From Fibrobacterales bacterium (GTDB lineage: Bacteria; Fibrobacterota; Fibrobacteria; Fibrobacterales; JAOPTW01): a DNA stretch of 64,000 nt. The stretch spans positions 64,001 through 128,000 of the forward strand of contig JAOPTW010000008.1 of NCBI GenBank assembly GCA_051532035.1, in the 5' to 3' direction. The number at the start of each line of letters is the position of its first letter. Within the stretch, counting starts at the first letter, position 1. This document shows positions 1 through 9,083 of this stretch, one piece after another. The notes beneath the pieces were generated by a model, which worked only from the letters and a program-made list of their open reading frames with translations, made no database searches and was not told the DNA's origin. The position numbers and the translations under genes are program-made.

Positions 1-430
1 TAACAAGAGTAAAGCCATCAAATGTATCATACTTTTCATCATCAACAGTTGGTGTTTCACATGCCGCAACATCTTCTTCAGAACTCTCTTCAGCTTCTGA
101 TGATTCATCATTCCCTTCGGAAGACTCTACAATATCTTCTGAAGATTCGCTCGCAACATCTGACGATTCTATGGCCGTTTCTGATGATTCATTCTCTTTT
201 GTATCAGAAGATTCTACAGCGCCAACTGATAATTCTTCAGCAGCATCTGATGAAGTAACGTCACCTCCAGCAGGTATGCCTTCAGATGAAACCATTGCAT
301 CAGTTGATTCTTCTGCACTAGACTCGCTTGTTTCTGGAGTAGTGTTATCTGCGCTTTGACATCCAACAAACATCAATTGCGACCCTGCCAACACCAACAA
401 TGATGTAATAAACCACTTTTTTAATTTCAT
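1..430 (-). CDS. Partial lipoprotein (runs off the window start), paralog of the GH16 glucanase at 3755-5059
   Basis: Missing from the ORF track. ATG at 430 reads MKLKKWFITSLLVLAGSQLMFVGC (lipobox), then an S/E/D-rich linker, then ...CETPTVDDEKYDTFDGFTLV, matching CDTIPIHDGYTLY of the intact GH16 paralog. The catalytic region lies outside the window. Confidence 0.75.
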   Translation of the reverse strand, partial: MKLKKWFITSLLVLAGSQLMFVGCQSADNTTPETSESSAEESTDAMVSSEGIPAGGDVTSSDAAEELSVGAVESSDTKENESSETAIESSDVASESSEDIVESSEGNDESSEAEESSEEDVAACETPTVDDEKYDTFDGFTLV

Positions 431-552
431 TATTAAACCCCTAGATTATATGTGTTTTAAATGTGTGTGTATTTTGTGTGGTGTTAAAGATACGTTCAGA
501 CCTTTCAATTCGCAAACACGACTTTCTTAAGTTGAGCACCTTCTTGAACTAT

Positions 553-574
553 CTGTTTACAAGCTGTTTACAAG
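553..574. promoter_or_regulatory. Perfect 11-bp tandem direct repeat CTGTTTACAAG x2, putative operator
   Basis: Seen directly in the middle of the divergent intergenic region of cassette 1; the period equals one helical turn. Confidence 0.5.
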
Positions 575-695
575 GCAGAATAAGGCCTCAAAGAGCACAG
601 GTTAAGTCAAATTTTACTAGCCTTTTCTATTTGAATTACTTATTTATTTGGCAATACACAACACACACACGCACACAATACACTAAGGGTACACA

Positions 696-1697
696 ATGAA
701 TATGTTAAAAGCTTTTGCTGCAACAGCACTTGTTCTCTTCCTTTCATCTTGTTATGAAACTCCGCTCTTTTCAGAGCCAGGAGGAGGACCGTATCAACTC
801 ACATCCACAGACATACAAATTGCAGCCCCAGATGGTTCTGCACCAGAAGACAGTACATTTAATAGCGTCCAAAAAAAGGTGCCGGTTATTGATGTTCCAT
901 TTATGGCTGATCATTACTTTATACCAGAAGGATGGCTCAACCCTCGCTATACTAACAACACATTAAGTGAAGAGAATCCTGAATTTGAAATGTATCTCCG
1001 TAAAGGAACCTGTAAAAATTCAGAATCTATCCACACAAAAAGATCAGTAACATATACACCCGACCACAACCTCTGCAACACCATTAACTATCACTCAATC
1101 GATGACACGTTGTATGTCGGCATGTACTGGCTCAACGATGCCAACTGGGGTACCGATGCACAAGGGACTGAACGGCCTGTTAATTTTAAAATATCGAGTG
1201 CCGCAAAAAAAGTAACATTTTGGTTAAGAGGCTCTACCAATGTCGATTCATTAAAGGCCTGTACAACTGATCCTCGTTTTATAGAAGTTGGTGAATGTGA
1301 CTGGCTTAGGCATTTAAATCTTGTTGTGGGTAATGAAACCAATGAAACAACCTATCCTGGCTTTACCAGTTATCCTCTTCAAAGCGCATGGTTTAATGCA
1401 CAACAAGTAGAACTCGATACGAAGTGGCATAAATACGAAATGGCTCTTCGCGAACAAAGCGGATATCACTGTAGCGAATTCGACCTCGACTGCGACCGGC
1501 AGCTCACCGGCTATGCAGCCGACTCGAGTAGCCAAACACAATTCAACGCTTTTGGCTGGCTGACCGCAACGTCTGTTACTCAAATTGTCGTTCCAGGGTA
1601 TCGCCTTGAGTTCAACATCGATAGCCTTATGTATACCGATGAAGAGATGACTGGAGAGGATCCTACTTTTAATGACATTACCCCAGGAGGCAACTAA
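696..1697 (+). CDS. Lipoprotein with a galactose-binding-like/CBM11-like beta-sandwich domain (cassette copy 1)
   Basis: Lipobox LSSC; motifs VPFMADHYFIPEGW, GMYWLNDANWG, AKKVTFWLRG, WHKYEMAL, FGW, FNIDSLMY; Trp-rich; paralog of 5308-6303. Confidence 0.65.
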   Translation: MNMLKAFAATALVLFLSSCYETPLFSEPGGGPYQLTSTDIQIAAPDGSAPEDSTFNSVQKKVPVIDVPFMADHYFIPEGWLNPRYTNNTLSEENPEFEMYLRKGTCKNSESIHTKRSVTYTPDHNLCNTINYHSIDDTLYVGMYWLNDANWGTDAQGTERPVNFKISSAAKKVTFWLRGSTNVDSLKACTTDPRFIEVGECDWLRHLNLVVGNETNETTYPGFTSYPLQSAWFNAQQVELDTKWHKYEMALREQSGYHCSEFDLDCDRQLTGYAADSSSQTQFNAFGWLTATSVTQIVVPGYRLEFNIDSLMYTDEEMTGEDPTFNDITPGGN

Positions 1698-3658
1698 TGA
1701 AACATTTTCCTTTTTTACTCATCATCTTTAGCCTTACCATAGTTGTTCACACAGCCTTCGCCAACTCGTTCTCTTGTTATGGTGAAGCTGAAGGCATCTT
1801 TAAAAGCGCTGACCTCATAGATGCAGAAGTATTTGTCGAAGCACAACTCGACATCGAGAGTCAGCTTGTAGGACAACAGCTTTGTGTCGTTGCAGAACTC
1901 ATGAAACGCATCGGAGACCCACGCGCTTCTGAATATTACGAAAAAGCAATTGCACTTGACCCTGCCGAACCTGGCTGGGAGCTCTGGTATGCAAACTATC
2001 TTACTCAAGTACGTGGCTCAATGGTGCCCCTCAGAGAAAAAGGGAAGTGTCACTATCTCAATGCCATTACCAAGCTCAGAAACAAATATGACGGATCCCT
2101 TGATGAGCTATCTGATGTAGACGCCAATCTCTTTAGTTGGATACAACGCGGCTACAGTAAAATGTATCAAGAAGATGGTATCGCCCTCACCCCTTGGACA
2201 TGGTCGGCACGAAATAAACACCTCGACGTATCTGATTACATGCTTCCCAATGTTTTTATAACATACATCGACCGATTCACTCATGGACTCAGTGAATTTG
2301 ATAAGCCCGACTACGCACGGAGCCGTGCAAGCGAAGCAATCTGGGTGAAAGATGCACTCTGGAGAGATACCTTATCACAAAACGATCTTGAACGCATTGC
2401 AACGCACGACAATGGTTCAGATATCCACACTCGTTTAATACGAGCTCGATTACGCCACCCTATCATTAGTATTGATGCCTACGTTAAACAGACTTCAATT
2501 ACTAAAGGTATGATTTCTCGATCAATGCTTTTCAACAAAAAGCACCCTCTATATACCTACAATAACTGGGAAGACTTTAATGCAATCACCACACAAGATC
2601 TCGGCCTCCTCCTCCACAGAAGTTTTGATTTCTATCCCCTCTTTGACCTCTACTGGGAAGCCGGCGCAACATCTCAAGTGAACAAAGGGTTCATTGAGTG
2701 GTTCCCCAAAGAAAAAGGGTATGCAATGCAGTTTGACACCAAAATGAAGCTTTCACGGTTCATTGGCCCTAACAAACTGCAAGTTGAACTCTTTTATATG
2801 AATCAAAATATTCAAGACTATACCTATCCAACCACAGCGCACTGGAAAACTGACGCAAATCGTCATGTTTCACCTGGTATTACCCTCGAAAGAGATCGCT
2901 ATATGGCTGGAATCAAAGTGGATTTTGCACTGTATCAACCAATTCGATTTCCTTTTCAAGAAAAAGCACAATATACTCGTGGTTGGCACTGGTACGCCGG
3001 AATCATGTTTGACTCTGAACGCTGGTGGGCTGAAGATGATGGTATTTTAAATAGAACTACAGAGGATATTGAAGCTCTTGTTGATAATGGTGACTCAGCC
3101 CTACAGTCAATGCTCGATTCTTTACAAGAGAGTGAAAGCTATAGATCTACCATGCAGACTGAAATCACCAATTCACTCGATTCATCAAGAGCTATTGTTC
3201 AAAATACTGACGCCTATATTGGCACTCACCTCAAAGGAATTGGAAATTTTGACTTTCAATTACAGTACACATTCTTTTACACCAAACCCTATGTAAAAGA
3301 TTACACATTGTGGTCGGGCAAAGATGTACTTCAATACAATCAAGTATTTGGTCATATTTTATATCGAATCATTGATGAAGACGTTGTCCCTGGAATGCCA
3401 AACTACTCATTCATCTCACCTGTATTTTTACAGCTGGGATTCCCACTCTCTTATGACTTTGCCATAAATGGCCCTAAGGGGTATGAGAATAAATTTGATA
3501 CCTTTAAAGCTCAAGGTGAAGTTCAGATGAAGTTTCTTATTAATCCACTGGGGACGTACATAATACTGACTGCCGGAGGCGGGTATCAGTATTATACTAA
3601 TCTTGATACTGGATTTAAGCTGTATAGTGGGAGTGTAAATATGGGGTGGAAGTTTTAA
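1697..3658 (+). CDS. Secreted protein with an N-terminal TPR-like helical region and a probable C-terminal outer-membrane beta-barrel (cassette copy 1)
   Basis: Signal peptide ending AFA; TPR-like ASEYYEKAIALDPAEP; amphipathic beta-strands; C-terminal SGSVNMGWKF beta-signal; TAATG overlap with the upstream gene. Confidence 0.65.
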   Translation: MKHFPFLLIIFSLTIVVHTAFANSFSCYGEAEGIFKSADLIDAEVFVEAQLDIESQLVGQQLCVVAELMKRIGDPRASEYYEKAIALDPAEPGWELWYANYLTQVRGSMVPLREKGKCHYLNAITKLRNKYDGSLDELSDVDANLFSWIQRGYSKMYQEDGIALTPWTWSARNKHLDVSDYMLPNVFITYIDRFTHGLSEFDKPDYARSRASEAIWVKDALWRDTLSQNDLERIATHDNGSDIHTRLIRARLRHPIISIDAYVKQTSITKGMISRSMLFNKKHPLYTYNNWEDFNAITTQDLGLLLHRSFDFYPLFDLYWEAGATSQVNKGFIEWFPKEKGYAMQFDTKMKLSRFIGPNKLQVELFYMNQNIQDYTYPTTAHWKTDANRHVSPGITLERDRYMAGIKVDFALYQPIRFPFQEKAQYTRGWHWYAGIMFDSERWWAEDDGILNRTTEDIEALVDNGDSALQSMLDSLQESESYRSTMQTEITNSLDSSRAIVQNTDAYIGTHLKGIGNFDFQLQYTFFYTKPYVKDYTLWSGKDVLQYNQVFGHILYRIIDEDVVPGMPNYSFISPVFLQLGFPLSYDFAINGPKGYENKFDTFKAQGEVQMKFLINPLGTYIILTAGGGYQYYTNLDTGFKLYSGSVNMGWKF

Positions 3659-3706
3659 CTAATATATCTTTTCAAAGCTACTGTTTTCCATTGTGATAAA
3701 ACAAAA

Positions 3707-3730
3707 AAAGCCACCCTTCTGGGTGGCTTT
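3707..3730. terminator. Bidirectional intrinsic terminator
   Basis: AAAGCCACCC-TTCT-GGGTGGCTTT between convergent genes. Confidence 0.85.
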
Positions 3731-3754
3731 ATATTCATAATTATTGCCGTGCAA

Positions 3755-5059
3755 TTATCTTAACGGCATTATGCTCACAGGCTCATAAGATGGGTCTTGG
3801 TTTTCATCTTCGTCCCATCTCCAATAACGAACCCAATCATACTCTGCAACAACTGGAAAATCATTAATACCTTCAAGGAAAGAAGGCTGCCATAAGTTCA
3901 TCATTATTGAACAAGGTAATTCAGGAATTTTCATCTCATTGCTAGTTCCATCCGGATTTACAAATTCATTTTCATCACCTTTTTTATGCTGTCTAGTCTG
4001 AACTCCATCAATGTACCATGTGATACTTTCAGGTAACCAAACAAAAGCATATACATGAAATTTTCCATCATTTGGGTTCCAACCGTCAGGAGGAGTATTT
4101 TGCCCATCTGAATTTGCGCCAAATTCATATGCGAAATTAGGAGCATACTGATACACTTCATCGCCAACAATTCCATCGGTGTTAAAAATATTGGTAATAA
4201 GTGTTTCACTATAACCAGGATTATTCACGACTTCCACATCGATCTCTCTCCAAGTAGTTTTTCTAGGAGTATTATAGGCAAAAAATGTTGAAAAAGATCT
4301 ACCATTTGGATTAATTGGGGCTTTTAATCTAACTTCGTAACGACCATAGCGGAAGTCATTATTCCATGTTCTCATCTCACCACTTGTTGTTGTAGGGGTA
4401 ATAATAGTTGTTTCATTAGGAACAATAAATTCATCTTGTGCAATAGAAAAGTCGCCTGTTACGCCATCCTCATCCTTCATTATGAGTTTCATAATACCAT
4501 CTTCTATCACGATATTATCCTTTGCAAAGCGGGTTTGATTACCGGCAAAAGTACCACCATCACTCCAAGTCCAGATTGGATCCGGTGCTTCATCGTTATC
4601 ATCGAGCATAAATTCGCCAAATGGAATCTCACGATCAAATTCTTCTACCATATATAATGTATAGCCATCATGTATAGGTATTGTATCACACCCTGGACAT
4701 CTCCAGTTTTCACCTGTTGAACTTGTATCATCTTCAGAAGATGATTCTACAACAACAGATGATGATGAAACATCTATATCCGTCGATGATTCTTCAATAT
4801 CGGCAGATGACTCTCCATCAACAACTGACTGATTGTCCTCTGCAGATGATTTTTCATCTTCAGAGGACTCAACACCTGTTTGAGATCCTTCTGACGATTC
4901 ATCTTTCGCTACAGATGACCCATCATCCGATAAACTTTCAACAGATGATTCTTGGTCACTTGATACCTCTGCATCAGCATCTGGTGCAGATGAGTCTCCA
5001 AAACATCCGATAAATAATAATGCCATACTGGTAAGTGCAGCCACTTTAAATCTTTTCAT
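3755..5059 (-). CDS. Glycoside hydrolase family 16 lipoprotein (lichenase/laminarinase-like)
   Basis: Lipobox FIGC, long S/D/E-rich linker, TSGEMRT, YGRYEVRLKA, catalytic WREIDVE (ExDxE), FHVYAFVWLPESITWYIDG, IMMNLW, AEYDWVRY. Confidence 0.92.
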   Translation of the reverse strand: MKRFKVAALTSMALLFIGCFGDSSAPDADAEVSSDQESSVESLSDDGSSVAKDESSEGSQTGVESSEDEKSSAEDNQSVVDGESSADIEESSTDIDVSSSSVVVESSSEDDTSSTGENWRCPGCDTIPIHDGYTLYMVEEFDREIPFGEFMLDDNDEAPDPIWTWSDGGTFAGNQTRFAKDNIVIEDGIMKLIMKDEDGVTGDFSIAQDEFIVPNETTIITPTTTSGEMRTWNNDFRYGRYEVRLKAPINPNGRSFSTFFAYNTPRKTTWREIDVEVVNNPGYSETLITNIFNTDGIVGDEVYQYAPNFAYEFGANSDGQNTPPDGWNPNDGKFHVYAFVWLPESITWYIDGVQTRQHKKGDENEFVNPDGTSNEMKIPELPCSIMMNLWQPSFLEGINDFPVVAEYDWVRYWRWDEDENQDPSYEPVSIMPLR

Positions 5060-5307
5060 CTCTTTCTCCTAATATACATGAAAAATCTTTTCAGTATTAA
5101 AGTAGATAAATATGTTAAGATTAAAAACTCCTTTTTCTTACTCTCAGTAATATATCATCTCCCCCTTTTCACACGGTAACCCCTTATATATCAACAACTT
5201 AACTTCAAGCAATGTTGCATATATTTTTAATTTTTTAGTAGCATTCAGGAGTATTTTTATCTATTTATAAAGCAAATGAAAATTAATCCATAAGATAAGG
5301 ATCTAAT

Positions 5308-6303
5308 ATGAAGAAAATAGTACTGTTGCTTAGTGCAGTAACTTCAATATTTACAGGATGTCTTCCTGAGCCAGGTGGTGGACCAGTATATTTACCAGAA
5401 ATAGAACAAAAGCTTGTTCTTGACACAATTGAATATACTCACAATGTATATGATACCATAACCAAAGAAACAGAAGAAATCACTGAAGAAATAGCCGTTA
5501 TCCCTGTTCCTTTTAATGTAGATGACTATTACACTGCTGAAGGCTGGATGGGTAACTATGAAAATACCAAGCTACAAAAAGGGCTCTGTGAAGCAGATAC
5601 TGCTTACACCCCAACTGATAAATACTGTGTTAAATTTAGAACAATGCCTTTCTATAGTAATAACCCAAGAACAGGTTGGGCTGGAATAAGCTGGTTAAAC
5701 AACTCAAACTGGGGCATTAAACATAGAGCTCATGAAGCACTTACTATTGGCCCAAATGCAAAAAAAGTTGAATTTTGGGCTAAATCAGCTCAGCCAAAAC
5801 GAAAAACATATCTCAATGAAATTGATGGTGAAGAAGCTGACGCTTATTCAATCACAAAAGGTGAAAAAGTTATCGACACAGAATATTATGAAAATAAGTT
5901 TATAGTAACTCTTGGTAACAACGAATTGACTAATTCATTTACAAGCTCACACATGATTTGTGTTAAAGATGTATGGAGAAAGTTTGAAATTCCTCTAAGA
6001 GATAGTATTATTGAATCTTCAGGAAGAACAATATATGACTACCTTGAACTTGGCGAACCACACATTCAAACAGGTCCTTTTAGTTGGGTCACCGCATTAT
6101 TTGATGTCCCTATTAATGACTCACTTGTATTTTTTATTGATAACATTCGATATTCCGATGAGGCTGTAGACTCAACTTATATACCATTTGAATCAAATCA
6201 TTCCGCCGCAAAAGACTGTGTTGATGGCGACAATTACAGAATGTCAAAAGAAGAGTATGAGGAAGCGCAGAACGAAGCTGACGAAGAAGGAGACGAAGAC
6301 TAA
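5308..6303 (+). CDS. Lipoprotein with a galactose-binding-like/CBM11-like domain (cassette copy 2)
   Basis: Lipobox FTGC, EPGGGP shared with copy 1, VPFNVDDYYTAEGWMG, GWAGISWLNNSNWG, AKKVEFWAK, FFIDNIRY. Confidence 0.65.
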   Translation: MKKIVLLLSAVTSIFTGCLPEPGGGPVYLPEIEQKLVLDTIEYTHNVYDTITKETEEITEEIAVIPVPFNVDDYYTAEGWMGNYENTKLQKGLCEADTAYTPTDKYCVKFRTMPFYSNNPRTGWAGISWLNNSNWGIKHRAHEALTIGPNAKKVEFWAKSAQPKRKTYLNEIDGEEADAYSITKGEKVIDTEYYENKFIVTLGNNELTNSFTSSHMICVKDVWRKFEIPLRDSIIESSGRTIYDYLELGEPHIQTGPFSWVTALFDVPINDSLVFFIDNIRYSDEAVDSTYIPFESNHSAAKDCVDGDNYRMSKEEYEEAQNEADEEGDED

Positions 6304-8282
6304 TGACTATTTTAAAACTAACTAAAACGGTACTTATCCTTTCCGCATTCACTGCGACGTCTTTATTTGCCAACTCATTTTCTTGCTATGGTGAAGCAGA
6401 AGGTATGCTCCTTGGTGCCGATCTTTCTGATGCAGAAACATTCATAGAAATGCAGCTAGCAAATGAAGAAAACCTAATTGGCCAACAGCACTGTGTTATA
6501 GCAGAATTAATGAAACGCCTCGGAAACTCCGATGCCGAATACCATTACCAAAAAGCAATTGCTATGGACCCTGATGAGCCCGGCTGGGAGCTCTGGTATG
6601 CAAATTATTTGACTCAAGTGAGAGGGTCAATGGTTCCTCTTAGAGAACAAGGTAAGCTACACTACCTTAAGGCTATTGAAAAACTAAATAACAAATATGG
6701 TGGTTCACTAGACAGCCTTTCTGAAGTTGATCAAAACCTCTATAGCTGGATTCAGCGTGGTTATAGTAAAATGTATCAAGAGGATGGTATCGCTATTACC
6801 CCTTGGACTTGGCCTTCAAATCTCCATAAAGCAGAAAGCTCAGACTACTACCTTCCAGAATTGTTTATCACATATACTGGCCGCTATACAAAAGGGCTCA
6901 GTGAATTTGACAAACCTGACTATGCACGGTCTAGAGCAAGTGAAGCAGTTTGGGTAAAAAACGCCCCATTTAGAGATAGTGTTTTAAGCTCTGCCGATCT
7001 TGAAAGAATTGCCACTCATGACGATGGTTCTGATTTTTATAATCAAATGGTTCGCTTACGTCTAAGACACCCAATTCTAACACTTGGTTTGTATACTAGA
7101 TTGATAAGTATTGATGATGGGATGATACCAAGCTCAATGACTTTTAATAGCGGCAATATTAACCATATTGCGAATAATTGGGAAGGTTTTACAAATTTAA
7201 ACGTTCTTGACATTGGAGTTGTAGCAAGTAGAAACTTTAATCTATACCCATTGTTTGATGTTCATTGGGAAGCTGCTTTGCGTGCACAAGAGAGAACAGG
7301 GTTTATTGAGTGGTACCCAAATGAGAAGGATGCATCTTTTCAATTTGATACTAAAATGAAAATATCTCGTTTCATTGGGCCAGACAAAGTTATTCTAGAC
7401 CTCTTTTACATGAATCAAAACATTCAAGATGTTCAATATACATCTAGGGCAATATGGCTACCAGGTGATTCAAGAGATATTATACCAGGAATGGGCCTAG
7501 AAAGAGATCGTTACATGTGGGGTATTAAATTAGATTATGCCCTCTATCGCCCTGTACGTTTCCCATTCCAGAAGAAAGCAATGTACACAAGAGGCTGGCA
7601 TTGGTATGCTGGTATTATGTTTGACTCTGAGAAATGGTGGGGAATTGAATCTGATCTAGTAAAAGAAGAGCTTAGAGTACTAAGGTCTCTTGAAAACAAA
7701 AGTGTTTCGGAACAAAATTTGATTGAAGCTCTAGAAGACGAAGACTTTGAAGACGAATACTCAAAAACTCTTGAAGATATTCACGAAGCAACTTTAGACT
7801 CTTCACGTGCAAAGGTTCAAAATACAGATATATATTTTGGTACTCACTTAAAGGGTATAAGTCACTTTGATTTCCAAATTCAAGGAACATATTTTTACAC
7901 CAAACCTTGGACTGAGACTAAATCAGGTAACATGGCTGATGAAAGCCTGCATTACGCTCAAATATTTGCTCATGTCCTCACTCGCTTCATAGACGAAGAC
8001 GTAGTCCCAGGAATGCCTGGAACACCTGGGTCATTTATTTCACCAGTATTCCTACAGCTCAGTGTACCAGCATCATACGATTTTGCAATCGATGGCCCAA
8101 TCGGTTATGAGAACAAATTTGACACATGGAAAGCGCAAGGTGAGCTTCAAGCTAAACTTATGGTTAACCCAATTGGTACTTATATCATCCTTACAGCTGG
8201 TGGCGGATATCAGCACTATCCAAACCTCGATGTAGGATTCCCAATCTATAGTGGTTCGGTTAATGTAGGATGGAAGTTCTAA
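6303..8282 (+). CDS. TPR-like plus outer-membrane beta-barrel protein (cassette copy 2)
   Basis: Long stretches identical to 1697-3658 (EPGWELWYANYLTQVRGSMVPLRE, SWIQRGYSKMYQEDGIA, YTRGWHWYAGIMFDSE); ends GWKF; TAATG overlap with the upstream gene. Confidence 0.65.
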   Translation: MTILKLTKTVLILSAFTATSLFANSFSCYGEAEGMLLGADLSDAETFIEMQLANEENLIGQQHCVIAELMKRLGNSDAEYHYQKAIAMDPDEPGWELWYANYLTQVRGSMVPLREQGKLHYLKAIEKLNNKYGGSLDSLSEVDQNLYSWIQRGYSKMYQEDGIAITPWTWPSNLHKAESSDYYLPELFITYTGRYTKGLSEFDKPDYARSRASEAVWVKNAPFRDSVLSSADLERIATHDDGSDFYNQMVRLRLRHPILTLGLYTRLISIDDGMIPSSMTFNSGNINHIANNWEGFTNLNVLDIGVVASRNFNLYPLFDVHWEAALRAQERTGFIEWYPNEKDASFQFDTKMKISRFIGPDKVILDLFYMNQNIQDVQYTSRAIWLPGDSRDIIPGMGLERDRYMWGIKLDYALYRPVRFPFQKKAMYTRGWHWYAGIMFDSEKWWGIESDLVKEELRVLRSLENKSVSEQNLIEALEDEDFEDEYSKTLEDIHEATLDSSRAKVQNTDIYFGTHLKGISHFDFQIQGTYFYTKPWTETKSGNMADESLHYAQIFAHVLTRFIDEDVVPGMPGTPGSFISPVFLQLSVPASYDFAIDGPIGYENKFDTWKAQGELQAKLMVNPIGTYIILTAGGGYQHYPNLDVGFPIYSGSVNVGWKF

Positions 8283-8311
8283 GCTTAGAATCAACAATAT
8301 TGATCGAATTT

Positions 8312-8338
8312 AGGTGCACTTTGTGCACCTTTTTTTTT
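8312..8338 (+). terminator. Intrinsic terminator
   Basis: AGGTGCAC-TTT-GTGCACCT followed by a T run. Confidence 0.85.
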
Positions 8339-8510
8339 GACTTTTTTTATATTGAGAATGATCAAAAAAGTCAAACATATTTGTATTTTTAGATCTGAAA
8401 TTTACAGGTTTGAACCTATTACAACTTATCTGGCTTAAAGAGTCTAATTTGGTTCCAATTACGATGAGATTTTTGGTACCTTAAAGAGTAACCACTACAA
8501 GGAGTGAACG

Positions 8511-9002
8511 ATGAATATTTATGAATACGCTATGAAAATGGAGAAAGACGGCGAAGCATATTACAGAGATCTTGCGAGCAAAACAACTAATAAAGGCTTA
8601 ATTACCATCCTTACTTTACTTGCAGATGAAGAAGCAGTTCACTACAAAACTCTTGAGCAAATGAAAGCAGAAGATCCTGATGCTGACATGGCGAATGCTG
8701 CGGTACTTACAAAAGCTAAAAACGTATTCGAGTCAATGAAAGGTGGCGATGCTGATGCTTTTAATATCGGTTCGGCACAAGTTGATATGTACAAGAAGGC
8801 TGCTGAGATCGAAGATGGCGCAGCAACGTTTTACGAAGAGAAAGCTGCTGAAATGGATAATGCAAAATACAAAGAGCTTTTTCTCCAACTTGCAGAAGAA
8901 GAGAAAAAACACGCTCACCTTCTTGAAAATATCGTTGAATTCGTAGCTCGTCCACAACAGTGGGTTGAAGATGCAGAATTCTCAAATATTGAAAATTACT
9001 AA
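8511..9002 (+). CDS. Rubrerythrin/ferritin-like protein
   Basis: AMKMEKDGEAYY, LADEEAVH and LAEEEKKH (two ExxH di-iron motifs); AAGGAG RBS. Confidence 0.9.
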   Translation: MNIYEYAMKMEKDGEAYYRDLASKTTNKGLITILTLLADEEAVHYKTLEQMKAEDPDADMANAAVLTKAKNVFESMKGGDADAFNIGSAQVDMYKKAAEIEDGAATFYEEKAAEMDNAKYKELFLQLAEEEKKHAHLLENIVEFVARPQQWVEDAEFSNIENY

Positions 9003-9027
9003 GACTCCTTAGTTACCCTATAGTTAT

Positions 9028-9060
9028 AAGAAAAGCCAGCTCATTGAGCTGGCTTTTCTT
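9028..9060. terminator. Bidirectional intrinsic terminator
   Basis: AAGAAAAGCCAGCTCA-T-TGAGCTGGCTTTTCTT between convergent genes. Confidence 0.9.
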
Positions 9061-9083
9061 ATTTTAAAGCACTTTTACGGCAC

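Noticed and set aside
22..359. Plus-strand ORFs 22-258 and 171-359 (also 4681-5013)
   Set aside because: They are antisense shadows of the low-complexity S/E/D linkers of the minus-strand lipoproteins.
463..699. 78-aa ORF across the cassette 1 intergenic region
   Set aside because: GTG start without an RBS; it spans promoter-like and CA-repeat sequence and has no counterpart in copy 2.
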